From a virus, in the IMG/VR virus record IMGVR_UViG_3300045988_033443, positions 1 to 38,654 of that record: 38,654 bases of DNA; one strand, written 5' to 3'. Positions 24,205 to 31,568 of this stretch are shown here, piece by piece (position 1 is the stretch's first letter; each line of letters begins with the position of its first letter). Under the pieces are notes generated by a model. That model made no database searches, was not told where the DNA came from, and worked only from the letters and a program-made list of their open reading frames with translations. Both the position numbers and the translations under genes were made by a program.

Positions 24205-24642
24205 TCAGCGCGTATTCGCAAGTCGCTGGAAACCGGCTTCATCGTCTTCAGGATAACGGAACCGCGCTTCGATACCCTGCGCTTCGAGGATCGCGGCTAT
24301 CTCCCTACTGCGGGCATTGATGATCGCGTAATCGCCTTTGTCACGCCCGTAACGGTCGTAGTGTTCCTGGGAGCGGTAATACAGCAGGTCCACATGGCTG
24401 GGTGCGTGTCCTTGTGTTTCCTCCATTTCGTTCACCGCATCCAATGCCGCTTCGACGGCCTGCACATGCAGGTCGAGCATGTGCAATAGGTATGCTTGCG
24501 CATCTTCCGGCGGTTCCGCTTCGCCTGGCTTCTCCCACCTTTTGACGGTCAGCACCTTGTTGCCGAAATGGTCGGCCATCATCTGCTGGCTGATGCCGCA
24601 ACGTTCCCTCGTCGCCCGAAACTGGGCCTTGCTCATTGTCAT
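24205..24642 (-). CDS. XRE-type HTH protein with an uncharacterised C-terminal domain
   Basis: N-terminus SKAQFRATRERCGISQQMMADHFGNKVLTVKRWE is a classic HTH_3-like segment. Confidence 0.7.
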   Translation of the reverse strand: MTMSKAQFRATRERCGISQQMMADHFGNKVLTVKRWEKPGEAEPPEDAQAYLLHMLDLHVQAVEAALDAVNEMEETQGHAPSHVDLLYYRSQEHYDRYGRDKGDYAIINARSREIAAILEAQGIEARFRYPEDDEAGFQRLANTR

Positions 24643-24659
24643 GTGATTCTCCTTTTTCC

Positions 24660-25064
24660 TCAGTCGATGACTTCGATGAACTTCGCGCCGAACTTCTTGG
24701 TCTGGCCGTCATCGAGCTTGACGTAGACAACTGCGCCTTCCACGGATTCGACGGTGCCGGTCCAGCCGACCTTGTTGCGGACGCGATCGCCGGCCTTGAT
24801 GTTCCCGTCGCTGATTTCCGCAGCCCTCGCCTCACGGTCGATACGGCGGTTGAAGCGCGCGAAGTCAAGGGCGATGCTGATGGTTTCGCTGGCTTCCGCC
24901 TTGGTCAGGTTTTCGATTCCCGGGAACGTGAAGACGTCTTGTTCCGGGAAGGTGCGCATCATGACCTTGCGCCAGCAGTATTCGGTGCAGGTCATGTGGG
25001 TGAGGGGGTTCTCCTTGTCGAGCTTCTTGAGGAGGGCGATCTGCTTGTCGGTGATGGTGTTCAT
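24660..25064 (-). CDS. hypothetical protein (134 aa), first gene of a two-gene minus-strand accessory operon
   Basis: Track ORF with RBS AAGGAGAC upstream on the minus strand. No family recognised. Confidence 0.6.
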   Translation of the reverse strand: MNTITDKQIALLKKLDKENPLTHMTCTEYCWRKVMMRTFPEQDVFTFPGIENLTKAEASETISIALDFARFNRRIDREARAAEISDGNIKAGDRVRNKVGWTGTVESVEGAVVYVKLDDGQTKKFGAKFIEVID

Positions 25065-25208
25065 TTCAGTCTCCTTGAGATTGTGTGGATGCCTTATTGC
25101 TTCCTGCCTTGTGATTACAAGTATATGATACTAACGGTATCATCGCAAGTTCGGGCGTGTCGCACCTGTATACTGAGACGTGTCTTGTTTGCTGACACTT
25201 TCAAGGCG

Positions 25209-25240
25209 GAGGCGGTCTGCACAGTCAGGCCGCCTCTTTT
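25209..25240 (+). terminator. rho-independent terminator just upstream of the integrase gene
   Basis: GAGGCGGTCTG cacagt CAGGCCGCCTC (11 bp, one U-G pair), followed by TTTTATAATT. Confidence 0.7.
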
Positions 25241-25271
25241 ATAATTGGCCATGTCAGCAAAGGAGACCAGC

Positions 25272-26441
25272 ATGGCCTACACCATCCGCCAATACGCGAC
25301 GAAAGCCGGAAAAAGATACGAGGTGCGCTACCGCAAGCCGGACGGGTCGTCCACCGGAAGGCGTGGCTTCAAGCGCAAGATGGACGCCGACGCCTGGGGT
25401 GCGGCCAATGTGACCACAGCGAAAAGCGTCGGAGCTTACATCGACCCACAGGCCGGAAGAAGACTCGTGGAGGACTTCTGGGAGCCGTGGCTGGCCGCCA
25501 AGAAGACCAAGGCGAAGCCAAGCTACATCAAGTCGCTGGAAGACGCTTGGCGAGTGCATGTGGAGCCGCAGTGGGGCATGAGGGAGATGCAGTCAATCAC
25601 GCGCGACGAAGTGCAGCGGTGGGTCACCGATCTGGCAGGACGACGCAGTGCGTCAGTGACCATCCGTGCTGAAAACCTCCTGCGCAGCCTCATGGAGAGG
25701 GCAAAGGCCGATCGGTGCATCCACGACAATCCATGCGACGGCATCGAGCTGCCGCGCAAGCAGGCGCGGAAGCATGTCTATCTGTCGGCCGATGAATTGT
25801 CTCGTGTGGCGATGCAGTGCGGGTGGCGTGAGCCGATCGTGCTGACCTTGGGCCTGTGCGGCATGAGGTGGGGCGAGCTCGTGGCGCTCCGTGTCGAGGA
25901 TGTCGATCTGCAACGCCGTCGACTGCATATATATAGGAGCATCACGCGTCTTTCCAGCAGGATGGTGGAGACCGACCCGAAGACCCATGATGGACGCTCG
26001 GTGATGTTCCCCCTGGTGTTGCGTCCGCTGCTCGCCAAGCAATGCGAGGGGCGCAGGCCGTCCGATTTCCTTTTCACCGCCCCCGGCGAGCCTTTGGACG
26101 AGCCGATGGGCAACGGCTGGAATCCGACGCGAAGCGATGGGTGGTTCGCGGTGGCTCTTCGTCGCGCGGGCGTGGACCGTGGCCACATGACGATTCACGA
26201 TCTACGCCATACGGCCGCTAGTCTCATGGTGCAGTCGGGCGCGAACGTCAAGACAGTGCAAAGGCAGTTGGGGCACAAGTCGGCCGCCATGACATTGGAT
26301 GTTTACGCCGATCTCTTCGATGATGATCTGGACGAGTTGTCGGAGAGGATGGGTGGTTTGCTTTTTTCGCGGAATGTGGGCAAAATGTGGGCAAACGTGA
26401 CGCAAGGTGTCGATGGAACCGTTGAAACGGTTGGTGTCTGA
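25272..26441 (+). CDS. int: tyrosine integrase
   Basis: ATG at 25272 follows AAGGAG. N-terminal SAM-like MAYTIRQYATKAGKRYEVRYR. C-terminal HDLRHTAASL...LGHKSAAMTLDVYADLF supplies the R/H-x-x-R/Y catalytic signature. Confidence 0.9.
   Translation: MAYTIRQYATKAGKRYEVRYRKPDGSSTGRRGFKRKMDADAWGAANVTTAKSVGAYIDPQAGRRLVEDFWEPWLAAKKTKAKPSYIKSLEDAWRVHVEPQWGMREMQSITRDEVQRWVTDLAGRRSASVTIRAENLLRSLMERAKADRCIHDNPCDGIELPRKQARKHVYLSADELSRVAMQCGWREPIVLTLGLCGMRWGELVALRVEDVDLQRRRLHIYRSITRLSSRMVETDPKTHDGRSVMFPLVLRPLLAKQCEGRRPSDFLFTAPGEPLDEPMGNGWNPTRSDGWFAVALRRAGVDRGHMTIHDLRHTAASLMVQSGANVKTVQRQLGHKSAAMTLDVYADLFDDDLDELSERMGGLLFSRNVGKMWANVTQGVDGTVETVGV
26376..26393 (+). repeat. arm-type repeat GTGGGCAAAATGTGGGCA (left of attP core, inside the int 3' end)
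   Basis: Exact 18-mer, also present at 26586-26603. Each copy holds two TGTGGGCA half-motifs. Confidence 0.8.
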
Positions 26442-26442
26442 G

Positions 26443-26479
26443 GCTTTTCGCCGGTGGGTTCGAGTCCCGCTGGAGGCAC
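26443..26479 (+). other. attP core candidate: 3' portion of a tRNA gene (possible class-II variable arm, T-arm, acceptor 3' strand)
   Basis: GGCTTTTCGCC G GTGGG TTCGAGT CCCGC TGGAGGC A, starting immediately after the int stop codon. Confidence 0.7.
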
Positions 26480-26486
26480 TTTTCGC

Positions 26487-26520
26487 AACCGCCAGAAATG
26501 GCGGTTTTCCTTTATTTTCC
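26487..26520 (+). terminator. rho-independent terminator after the attP core
   Basis: AACCGCC agaaat GGCGGTT, followed by TTCCTTTATTTT. Confidence 0.75.
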
Positions 26521-26585
26521 AACGGTTTTCAAGCTTTCCTATTTCATTCTAATTCACTCCAAATCACGTCATTTCTCTATAAAAC

Positions 26586-26603
26586 GTGGGCAAAATGTGG
26601 GCA
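26586..26603 (+). repeat. arm-type repeat GTGGGCAAAATGTGGGCA (right of attP core)
   Basis: Exact copy of 26376-26393, in the same orientation. Confidence 0.8.
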
Positions 26604-26608
26604 CGGAA

Positions 26609-27109
26609 TCACCAGATCATCGGCAGTCCGAGGCATTGGCGCGCCCACTGTTCCACGGCACGATTCTCCTCATCGTCACCGAGCAGCAACAAGTATCCGG
26701 CAGGGTTTCCGTTCTTCGCATGTTCCAGCTGCTTGATTACGCCCCAGTCCTTCAAGGTGGTGATTGAGCGTTTGAATTCTTGGTTTGCAGCGCCTTTCCG
26801 CTTTTCGATGTATTCCTGGGCGTCTTCGCTCATGGCCTGCTCTGGCGATATGCCTAGCTTGCCGTAGTCGTATGCGAATGTTTCGGCTCCGCGCTTGTAG
26901 TATCGGCATGGGTAGCCCTTGGCTTGCGCGTCGGCGGTTGGGCAGTTACGCTCCGTGTCCCAGTCATAGGTGACGCTGGCCATGTAGGTGAGCAGCAGCA
27001 GCGCTGAGTTGCTTGTGGAGAGAGTGCCGTCCGCCCTCATCTTGGAGAACTTGCCCATTTGACCGAGCTGACGGATTGCGTTGAAGTTGCGGTAGCCCAT
27101 TTCTTCCAT
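26609..27109 (-). CDS. hypothetical protein with a winged-helix-like C-terminal region
   Basis: Start moved to the MEEMGYRNF ATG (27109), which follows GGGGAGGA. The segment SITTLKDWGVIKQLEHAKNGNPAGYLLLLG looks like a wHTH. Confidence 0.6.
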   Translation of the reverse strand: MEEMGYRNFNAIRQLGQMGKFSKMRADGTLSTSNSALLLLTYMASVTYDWDTERNCPTADAQAKGYPCRYYKRGAETFAYDYGKLGISPEQAMSEDAQEYIEKRKGAANQEFKRSITTLKDWGVIKQLEHAKNGNPAGYLLLLGDDEENRAVEQWARQCLGLPMIW

Positions 27110-27170
27110 GTCTTTCCTCCCCACCTGCTGGTAAATTGGCAAGTGGAGAAATGCTCGCGCTTTTCTTCAT

Positions 27171-27205
27171 CCCCTTCGGTGTGACAGCGCCGGAGGGGTT
27201 TTCTT
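27171..27205 (+). terminator. plus-strand hairpin plus T-run
   Basis: CCCCTTCGG (27171-27179) with CCGGAGGGG (27190-27198), one U-G pair, followed by TTTTCTTT. Confidence 0.5.
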
Positions 27206-27210
27206 TACCT

Positions 27211-27317
27211 GTACTTATTTGTACCATTGGCAGTAGACAAATAAGTACCAACTAGCAGTACGTATAAATACCGCAACCAATACTTATATGTACCATCTAT
27301 ATAAGTAATATATAGAT
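27211..27317. promoter_or_regulatory. AT-rich divergent control region with operator-like repeats
   Basis: GTACTTATTTGT (27211-27222) is the inverted repeat of ACAAATAAGTAC (27237-27248). A third related site is TACTTATATGTACCA (27281-27295). A 9-bp inverted repeat is ATCTATATA/TATATAGAT (27295-27317). Confidence 0.6.
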
Positions 27318-27424
27318 TGGTGACATTCTTTTTATAGGGGCAATGTGCCGAAGAAAGGAAGAATCGGAACGTGCCAATTCCCCCATCTGTGGTAGCTTGA
27401 AGCAGAGAGAAGGAAGGGGAGGCA

Positions 27425-28186
27425 ATGAAAATCAGGTATCTTTTCTGGGCCATCGTCTGCATATGCGCCGCATGGACCGGACTTTTCGGGGACATGGGCG
27501 ATACGAGCATAGGCACGAGAATCGTCGTCGCTTTAATATTCATCGTTGCGGCCATCTACCTTTTCGGCAAATTCAAGGGCGGCGCCAATACGTCTAAATC
27601 ATCGCCGGAAGCCCCATCGGACGCCACGGCAACGCAGGCGGCAGAGGCGGCCGACACGGAGCGTGGGAACGTCGTGGAAGCCGATTATGACGATTACGTG
27701 GCAATCGACATCGAAACCACAGGATTAGGCAGAAGCGCTCGAATCATCGAATTGGGAGCCGTGAGAATCAGGCACGGGCGCAAAGTCGCGTCATACAGCC
27801 AGCTCGTCAATCCCCAGATTCCGATTCCAGCCAAGGTCACGCAGATCACCGGCATCACTGATCGGGACGTGCGACACCAGCCCACCATCGACAAGGCATT
27901 GCCAAGATTCTACGCTTTCTGTGGGCGTGACACTTGGATAGGCCACAATATCCGGCGCTTCGACCTGCCGGTCATCGCCCGCGAAGCCGAAAGAGTGGGC
28001 GCCGGAATGCCGGACGTGAGCTTTTATGACACGATGGAATTATCCCAGGCATTGCTGCCGCAGCTCGACCATCATCGCGTGGTAGACCTCATCCGCTACT
28101 TCGGCATCGCCAAGACCGAGCGTCATCGTGCCGCCGACGATGCTGCACAGACAGCGCAAATCTTCGAGCATTTGAAGCGGATATAA
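27425..28186 (+). CDS. membrane-anchored DEDDh (DnaQ/epsilon-like) 3'-5' exonuclease
   Basis: Two N-terminal TM segments (YLFWAIVCICAAWTGLF; IVVALIFIVAAIYLF). Exo motifs VAIDIETTGL, HNIRRFDLPV and HRAADDAAQTAQIF. Confidence 0.75.
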   Translation: MKIRYLFWAIVCICAAWTGLFGDMGDTSIGTRIVVALIFIVAAIYLFGKFKGGANTSKSSPEAPSDATATQAAEAADTERGNVVEADYDDYVAIDIETTGLGRSARIIELGAVRIRHGRKVASYSQLVNPQIPIPAKVTQITGITDRDVRHQPTIDKALPRFYAFCGRDTWIGHNIRRFDLPVIAREAERVGAGMPDVSFYDTMELSQALLPQLDHHRVVDLIRYFGIAKTERHRAADDAAQTAQIFEHLKRI

Positions 28187-28230
28187 GCTTTATAAAGACT
28201 TATAAAGGCTTATAAGGCAATATAAAAGCC
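28182..28230. repeat. five phased 10-bp tandem units (TATAAGCTT, TATAAAGACT, TATAAAGGCT, TATAAGGCAA, TATAAAAGCC)
   Basis: Read directly. The units start at 28182, 28191, 28201, 28211 and 28221, overlapping the exonuclease stop codon. Confidence 0.8.
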
Positions 28231-28247
28231 CCACAATCGTGGGGCTT
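28221..28247 (-). terminator. rho-independent terminator for minus-strand gene 28255..28551
   Basis: AGCCCCAC aatc GTGGGGCT. In the minus sense the stem is followed by TTTTATATT. Confidence 0.7.
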
Positions 28248-28254
28248 CATGCTA

Positions 28255-28551
28255 TCAGAGGCTGTTCACGGCATTGTAGAATTCCTGCGCGTCCTCGGCC
28301 CTCTTGAATTCCAAAGGTAGTGAGCGCAGCGCGCTGTACTTCCATGTGACGGTGCGCTTCTTAATCGTCACCCCTTGCAGGTCGCTCACCTTGTAGGCTT
28401 CGGTCTTCTTATACCGGTGCAGATACGTCGTGCAGACATCCAATTCCAGCCGATTCGCATACAGGCGGATACCCATAAACAACGGATCGTCAAGCCTTTC
28501 GCACTCGTAGATCGCGCCCGGCGCGGGCTGTGGTCGCTTCGCCATGATCAT
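28255..28551 (-). CDS. hypothetical protein (98 aa)
   Basis: Track ORF. RBS AAGGAGA upstream on the minus strand. Confidence 0.6.
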   Translation of the reverse strand: MIMAKRPQPAPGAIYECERLDDPLFMGIRLYANRLELDVCTTYLHRYKKTEAYKVSDLQGVTIKKRTVTWKYSALRSLPLEFKRAEDAQEFYNAVNSL

Positions 28552-28696
28552 TCTCCTTTGCTTTCCTCTGATTCTATGCTTCAGACGATGCTGACACGCT
28601 CGGCCATGACTTGCCGGAAGTCTCCGAGGACTTGTGTCGTTATGTCGAGTTCATCATGTTGGCACGGAATCATCTGTACATTCTTTTCAAGAGCGC

Positions 28697-29284
28697 CTAG
28701 CCGATTTTTGCATCGAGAAACGCATGATCGCCATCGACATAAGCCCGCTCGATCAACTCATGCGTATCGGCGTAAAGCAGATCGTTGGACGGATACTCCT
28801 TCGCCATCTGACTTTGGATGTCCTGATCGGAAAGCGACGGGTCAAGAATCTTCGCCATGATGGGGAATACGCTGTCGATCTCATCATGTGGCCCATCGAC
28901 GTAGACGCGGATCATATCGTTCTCCCCGTATCCGAGCACTGCCCCGTAGACCAGCACGTCCACTGACGATTGGCCCAGTCTCCCGTGGAGAGCGTCTGCG
29001 GTGGAGAAAGCGCCGGTGCGATACTCCGTCCGATAATAGGGGCCGGTCGAATCGCTCGGCGTGAATTTCTCGACGTCGGTTATCTGCGTCGAGGAGTTCG
29101 CGTTGAACTCGTCCACAAAGCTCTGCGCCGTCTTCTCGTCTTCCTGTTGTTGTGGCTTCGACTGCTGCGTGCTGACGTCCGGCGTCTTGGCCGTCGTGGA
29201 ATCCGGCTCCTGCTGGCTTCCGCAGCTACAGGCCGTCGCCAGGAGAAGCGTTGCAGCTGTGATGGCAATGATTTTTTTACGCAT
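28697..29284 (-). CDS. prophage-encoded lipoprotein
   Basis: Start at MRKKIIAITAATLLLATAC (signal peptide plus lipobox LATAC). The longer track ORF would overlap the ImmA-like gene. Confidence 0.75.
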   Translation of the reverse strand: MRKKIIAITAATLLLATACSCGSQQEPDSTTAKTPDVSTQQSKPQQQEDEKTAQSFVDEFNANSSTQITDVEKFTPSDSTGPYYRTEYRTGAFSTADALHGRLGQSSVDVLVYGAVLGYGENDMIRVYVDGPHDEIDSVFPIMAKILDPSLSDQDIQSQMAKEYPSNDLLYADTHELIERAYVDGDHAFLDAKIG

Positions 29285-29765
29285 TGAAAACCTTTTCTTT
29301 GGTATCGCTAAAGGTGATTCGTCCGTTAGGTGAGGTGTTGAGCGTGGCTTGGTAGTCCGCAAGCACCTGCATGGTCACGTTCAGCTCGTCTGCTATCGAC
29401 CATAGGTCATCGTCGTACATGTGTTCGAGCAATGCAAGCTCAGCAGGATCGACGAGCGTGAGGGCGGTCTGCGTTCGCGCCCGTCGCTCCTGCTTCGAAC
29501 GATCGTTTGAACAGCCGGTGTCGCCATGCTGCCAATGCAGCAGCTCGTGTACGAGGGTGCAGCGTTTGGCCGTATACGTGAGTCGACGATCGATGAGGAT
29601 GACGCGGGTTTCGTCATCATAGCAGCCCCATAGTCCGTCCGGCAGGATGGCGCTGGACACGGTGACAGGCAGTCCGACAATCGCGCGGCGCATGGCACCG
29701 TAGGTCATGCGCCGGTCGATCGGCAGGTCAGGCAGGCTCGTCGTAATCCGGCCCAGCCTCTCCAT
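29277..29765 (-). CDS. ImmA/IrrE-family zinc metalloprotease
   Basis: HEXXH motif in TLVHELLHWQHGD. Start MERLGR... follows AGGAGG by 6 nt. Lies immediately downstream of the XRE repressor. Confidence 0.75.
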   Translation of the reverse strand: MERLGRITTSLPDLPIDRRMTYGAMRRAIVGLPVTVSSAILPDGLWGCYDDETRVILIDRRLTYTAKRCTLVHELLHWQHGDTGCSNDRSKQERRARTQTALTLVDPAELALLEHMYDDDLWSIADELNVTMQVLADYQATLNTSPNGRITFSDTKEKVFNA

Positions 29766-30084
29766 TAATGGCCTCCTGCTTGCCCTGAGCGTTATAGGCG
29801 GCAAGACCATAACCGCCTGCCTGCGCTTTCCTCTCGGCGGCTTCGACCGCATGACGTTTGGAGTCCATCACGATATCTCCGATGGATACGCCCGTCACCT
29901 CGCTGATGCGCTCCAAATCACTCAGATTGAGCGGGCGCGTGAAGTTCTGGCGTTTATACCAGTAGTCCTCGCCGAAGCCGCAGGCCTTGGCGAAATCCTT
30001 GACGGTCATGCCACTGGCTTTTTGAAGTCTGACGCATTCTCGCATGACCTGTTTTGCGAATGCGGTCACTTCGTTTGCTCTCAT
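29728..30084 (-). CDS. XRE/CI-type phage repressor
   Basis: Start MRANEV... follows GGAGG by 7 nt. HTH segment SGMTVKDFAKACGFGEDYWYKRQN. Divergent from the Cro-like gene. Confidence 0.75.
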   Translation of the reverse strand: MRANEVTAFAKQVMRECVRLQKASGMTVKDFAKACGFGEDYWYKRQNFTRPLNLSDLERISEVTGVSIGDIVMDSKRHAVEAAERKAQAGGYGLAAYNAQGKQEAINGEAGPDYDEPA

Positions 30085-30104
30085 ACCCATGCCTCCATTA
30101 TAGC

Positions 30105-30206
30105 CAATTACGTAGTCATTGTGTACAAATTGTAAAGAACTATGCAAATTCATAGGTTTAAACTACGAATTTGCGTAGAGTAAAAACCGTCGAAAGGAAA
30201 AACGAG
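30105..30206. promoter_or_regulatory. divergent immunity promoter/operator region
   Basis: AT-rich. Inverted repeat GCAAATTC (30143-30150) with GAATTTGC (30166-30173). Nearby TACGTA and TGTACA palindromes and CTACG..CGTAG. Confidence 0.55.
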
Positions 30207-30335
30207 ATGTTGAGCACCAAGAAGACCAAGACCCCCGACCACTACCCGTGCGGCCACATGCGCGGCCCCGGCTGGCACGACTGGCGCGCCTGCCTCACCA
30301 AGCAGGGAATCGAGGAGGATGAATGGCCGGTCTGA
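30207..30335 (+). CDS. 42-aa hypothetical protein (MLSTKKTKTPDHYPCGHMRGPGWHDWRACL...)
   Basis: First open frame after the divergent promoter, with a purine-rich RBS (GAAAGGAAAAACGAG). Below the track threshold. Confidence 0.4.
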   Translation: MLSTKKTKTPDHYPCGHMRGPGWHDWRACLTKQGIEEDEWPV

Positions 30336-30571
30336 CGGAAACAGCCAGCAGAAACCTCAAAGCGGAACTCGCCAGACACGACAAGACACCGAAAGACCTA
30401 GCAAAAGCATGGGGCCTCGAAATCAGAGCCGTAAACAACAGGCTCAAAGGCCGCACGCCACTCTCGACGGATGAAATCGAAAAAGCGGCATCCATGCTCG
30501 ACATGGAATCGGAAACCCTCGTCATGCTCCTCATCCAGCCGATTGACAGCATCAAACAATTCAAAGCCTAA
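30323..30571 (+). CDS. Cro-like / XRE-family HTH protein
   Basis: 82 aa. KTPKDLAKAWGLEIRAVNNRLKG is HTH-like. Divergent from the repressor. Confidence 0.65.
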   Translation: MAGLTETASRNLKAELARHDKTPKDLAKAWGLEIRAVNNRLKGRTPLSTDEIEKAASMLDMESETLVMLLIQPIDSIKQFKA

Positions 30572-30582
30572 GGAAACCGAAC

Positions 30583-30810
30583 ATGAGCCAGTTGCTTAAC
30601 CCTCCGGCACCACCGGAATCGAGGAAAACCATGAAACCAAGAATCGAACTCATCGGCACCACCGGCTACGCCATCCGCATCCAGGAAGACAAGAGCGGCC
30701 AACTCATCGAGCTCCACGCGGACGGCGAGGAAGTCCTTGCGGACATCCCTGAAAGCACCCTCGACAACTTCGCCTACACGCTCAACGACGACCTAGGGAA
30801 CATGCGATGA
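30583..30810 (+). CDS. hypothetical protein
   Basis: Track ORF with an RBS (AAGGAAA). Confidence 0.55.
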   Translation: MSQLLNPPAPPESRKTMKPRIELIGTTGYAIRIQEDKSGQLIELHADGEEVLADIPESTLDNFAYTLNDDLGNMR

Positions 30811-31001
30811 GCCAATCATTCGAACTGCGAATCATCGAGGACGGCACGCACAGCAGTGACCACAGCTGCCTCATCGGACTCAGATTCGACATGGCAGGCG
30901 GATACCAGGAACACATGCTCAACAAAACCGACCTCATGAACCTCCGCCGCGAAATCGGACGAACACTCGAAGAACTCAACCAGAAGAAGGACAAGAAATG
31001 A
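30807..31001 (+). CDS. hypothetical protein
   Basis: Track ORF with ATGA coupling. Confidence 0.55.
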   Translation: MSQSFELRIIEDGTHSSDHSCLIGLRFDMAGGYQEHMLNKTDLMNLRREIGRTLEELNQKKDKK

Positions 31002-31354
31002 ACATCTTCCAACAGCGAGAAAAAATCATCGAAGACCTCATCACGGCGTGCAAGGACCACGACGAAGAGAAAACCAACCACCTGCTCAACCAACTCACGG
31101 AACTCGACAAGTCAGCCGAACAGAAGCCACTGCCTGAAGAGCCGAAGGAGTGGGGCTTCTATGTCACCGCGAATGATGGTCGGCTCCTGCTTAAGGACGT
31201 CGATGATGACTGGTCGGCGCGCACATGGGATAACTTTGCTAAGTGCATCTGGAATGGCGATAGACAGTATGCAAAGTGGCCGGAAGTCTGCGCCCAGCTC
31301 CCGCCTGAAGCATTCCCACTCAAGCGAGTGAACACTGGGAGCGACGATGACTGA
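30998..31354 (+). CDS. hypothetical protein
   Basis: Track ORF with ATGA coupling. Confidence 0.55.
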   Translation: MNIFQQREKIIEDLITACKDHDEEKTNHLLNQLTELDKSAEQKPLPEEPKEWGFYVTANDGRLLLKDVDDDWSARTWDNFAKCIWNGDRQYAKWPEVCAQLPPEAFPLKRVNTGSDDD

Positions 31355-31568
31355 CCATGATTACTGGCTTGAAGACATGAAGAAGCGGAAGAAGCCGAAC
31401 TACCCGCTCCGACGCGTCAAATTCGCCCTCGCGGTGGTCGCCCTCATCGTCACATCCACACTCATGCTCACCTGGCATGACGGTGACACCGTGATGGCGC
31501 TCATGGTCGAAGCCATCTACCTGCTGGCCGGACTGTGGCTGATCGTCAGATTCGCGCCACGCGACTAA
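31347..31568 (+). CDS. small membrane protein (two TM segments)
   Basis: FALAVVALIVTSTLMLTW and AIYLLAGLWLIVRF. Confidence 0.55.
   Translation: MTDHDYWLEDMKKRKKPNYPLRRVKFALAVVALIVTSTLMLTWHDGDTVMALMVEAIYLLAGLWLIVRFAPRD

Noticed and set aside
24029-24489. Plus-strand ORFs 24029..24256 and 24055..24489.
   Set aside because: They read straight through the hairpin repeats and run antisense to the well-supported HTH gene 24205..24642. They have no RBS.
29765-29852. A longer start for the ImmA-like gene (track 29277..29852).
   Set aside because: It would overlap about 125 nt of the repressor gene. An internal ATG (29765) has a perfect AGGAGG at optimal spacing.
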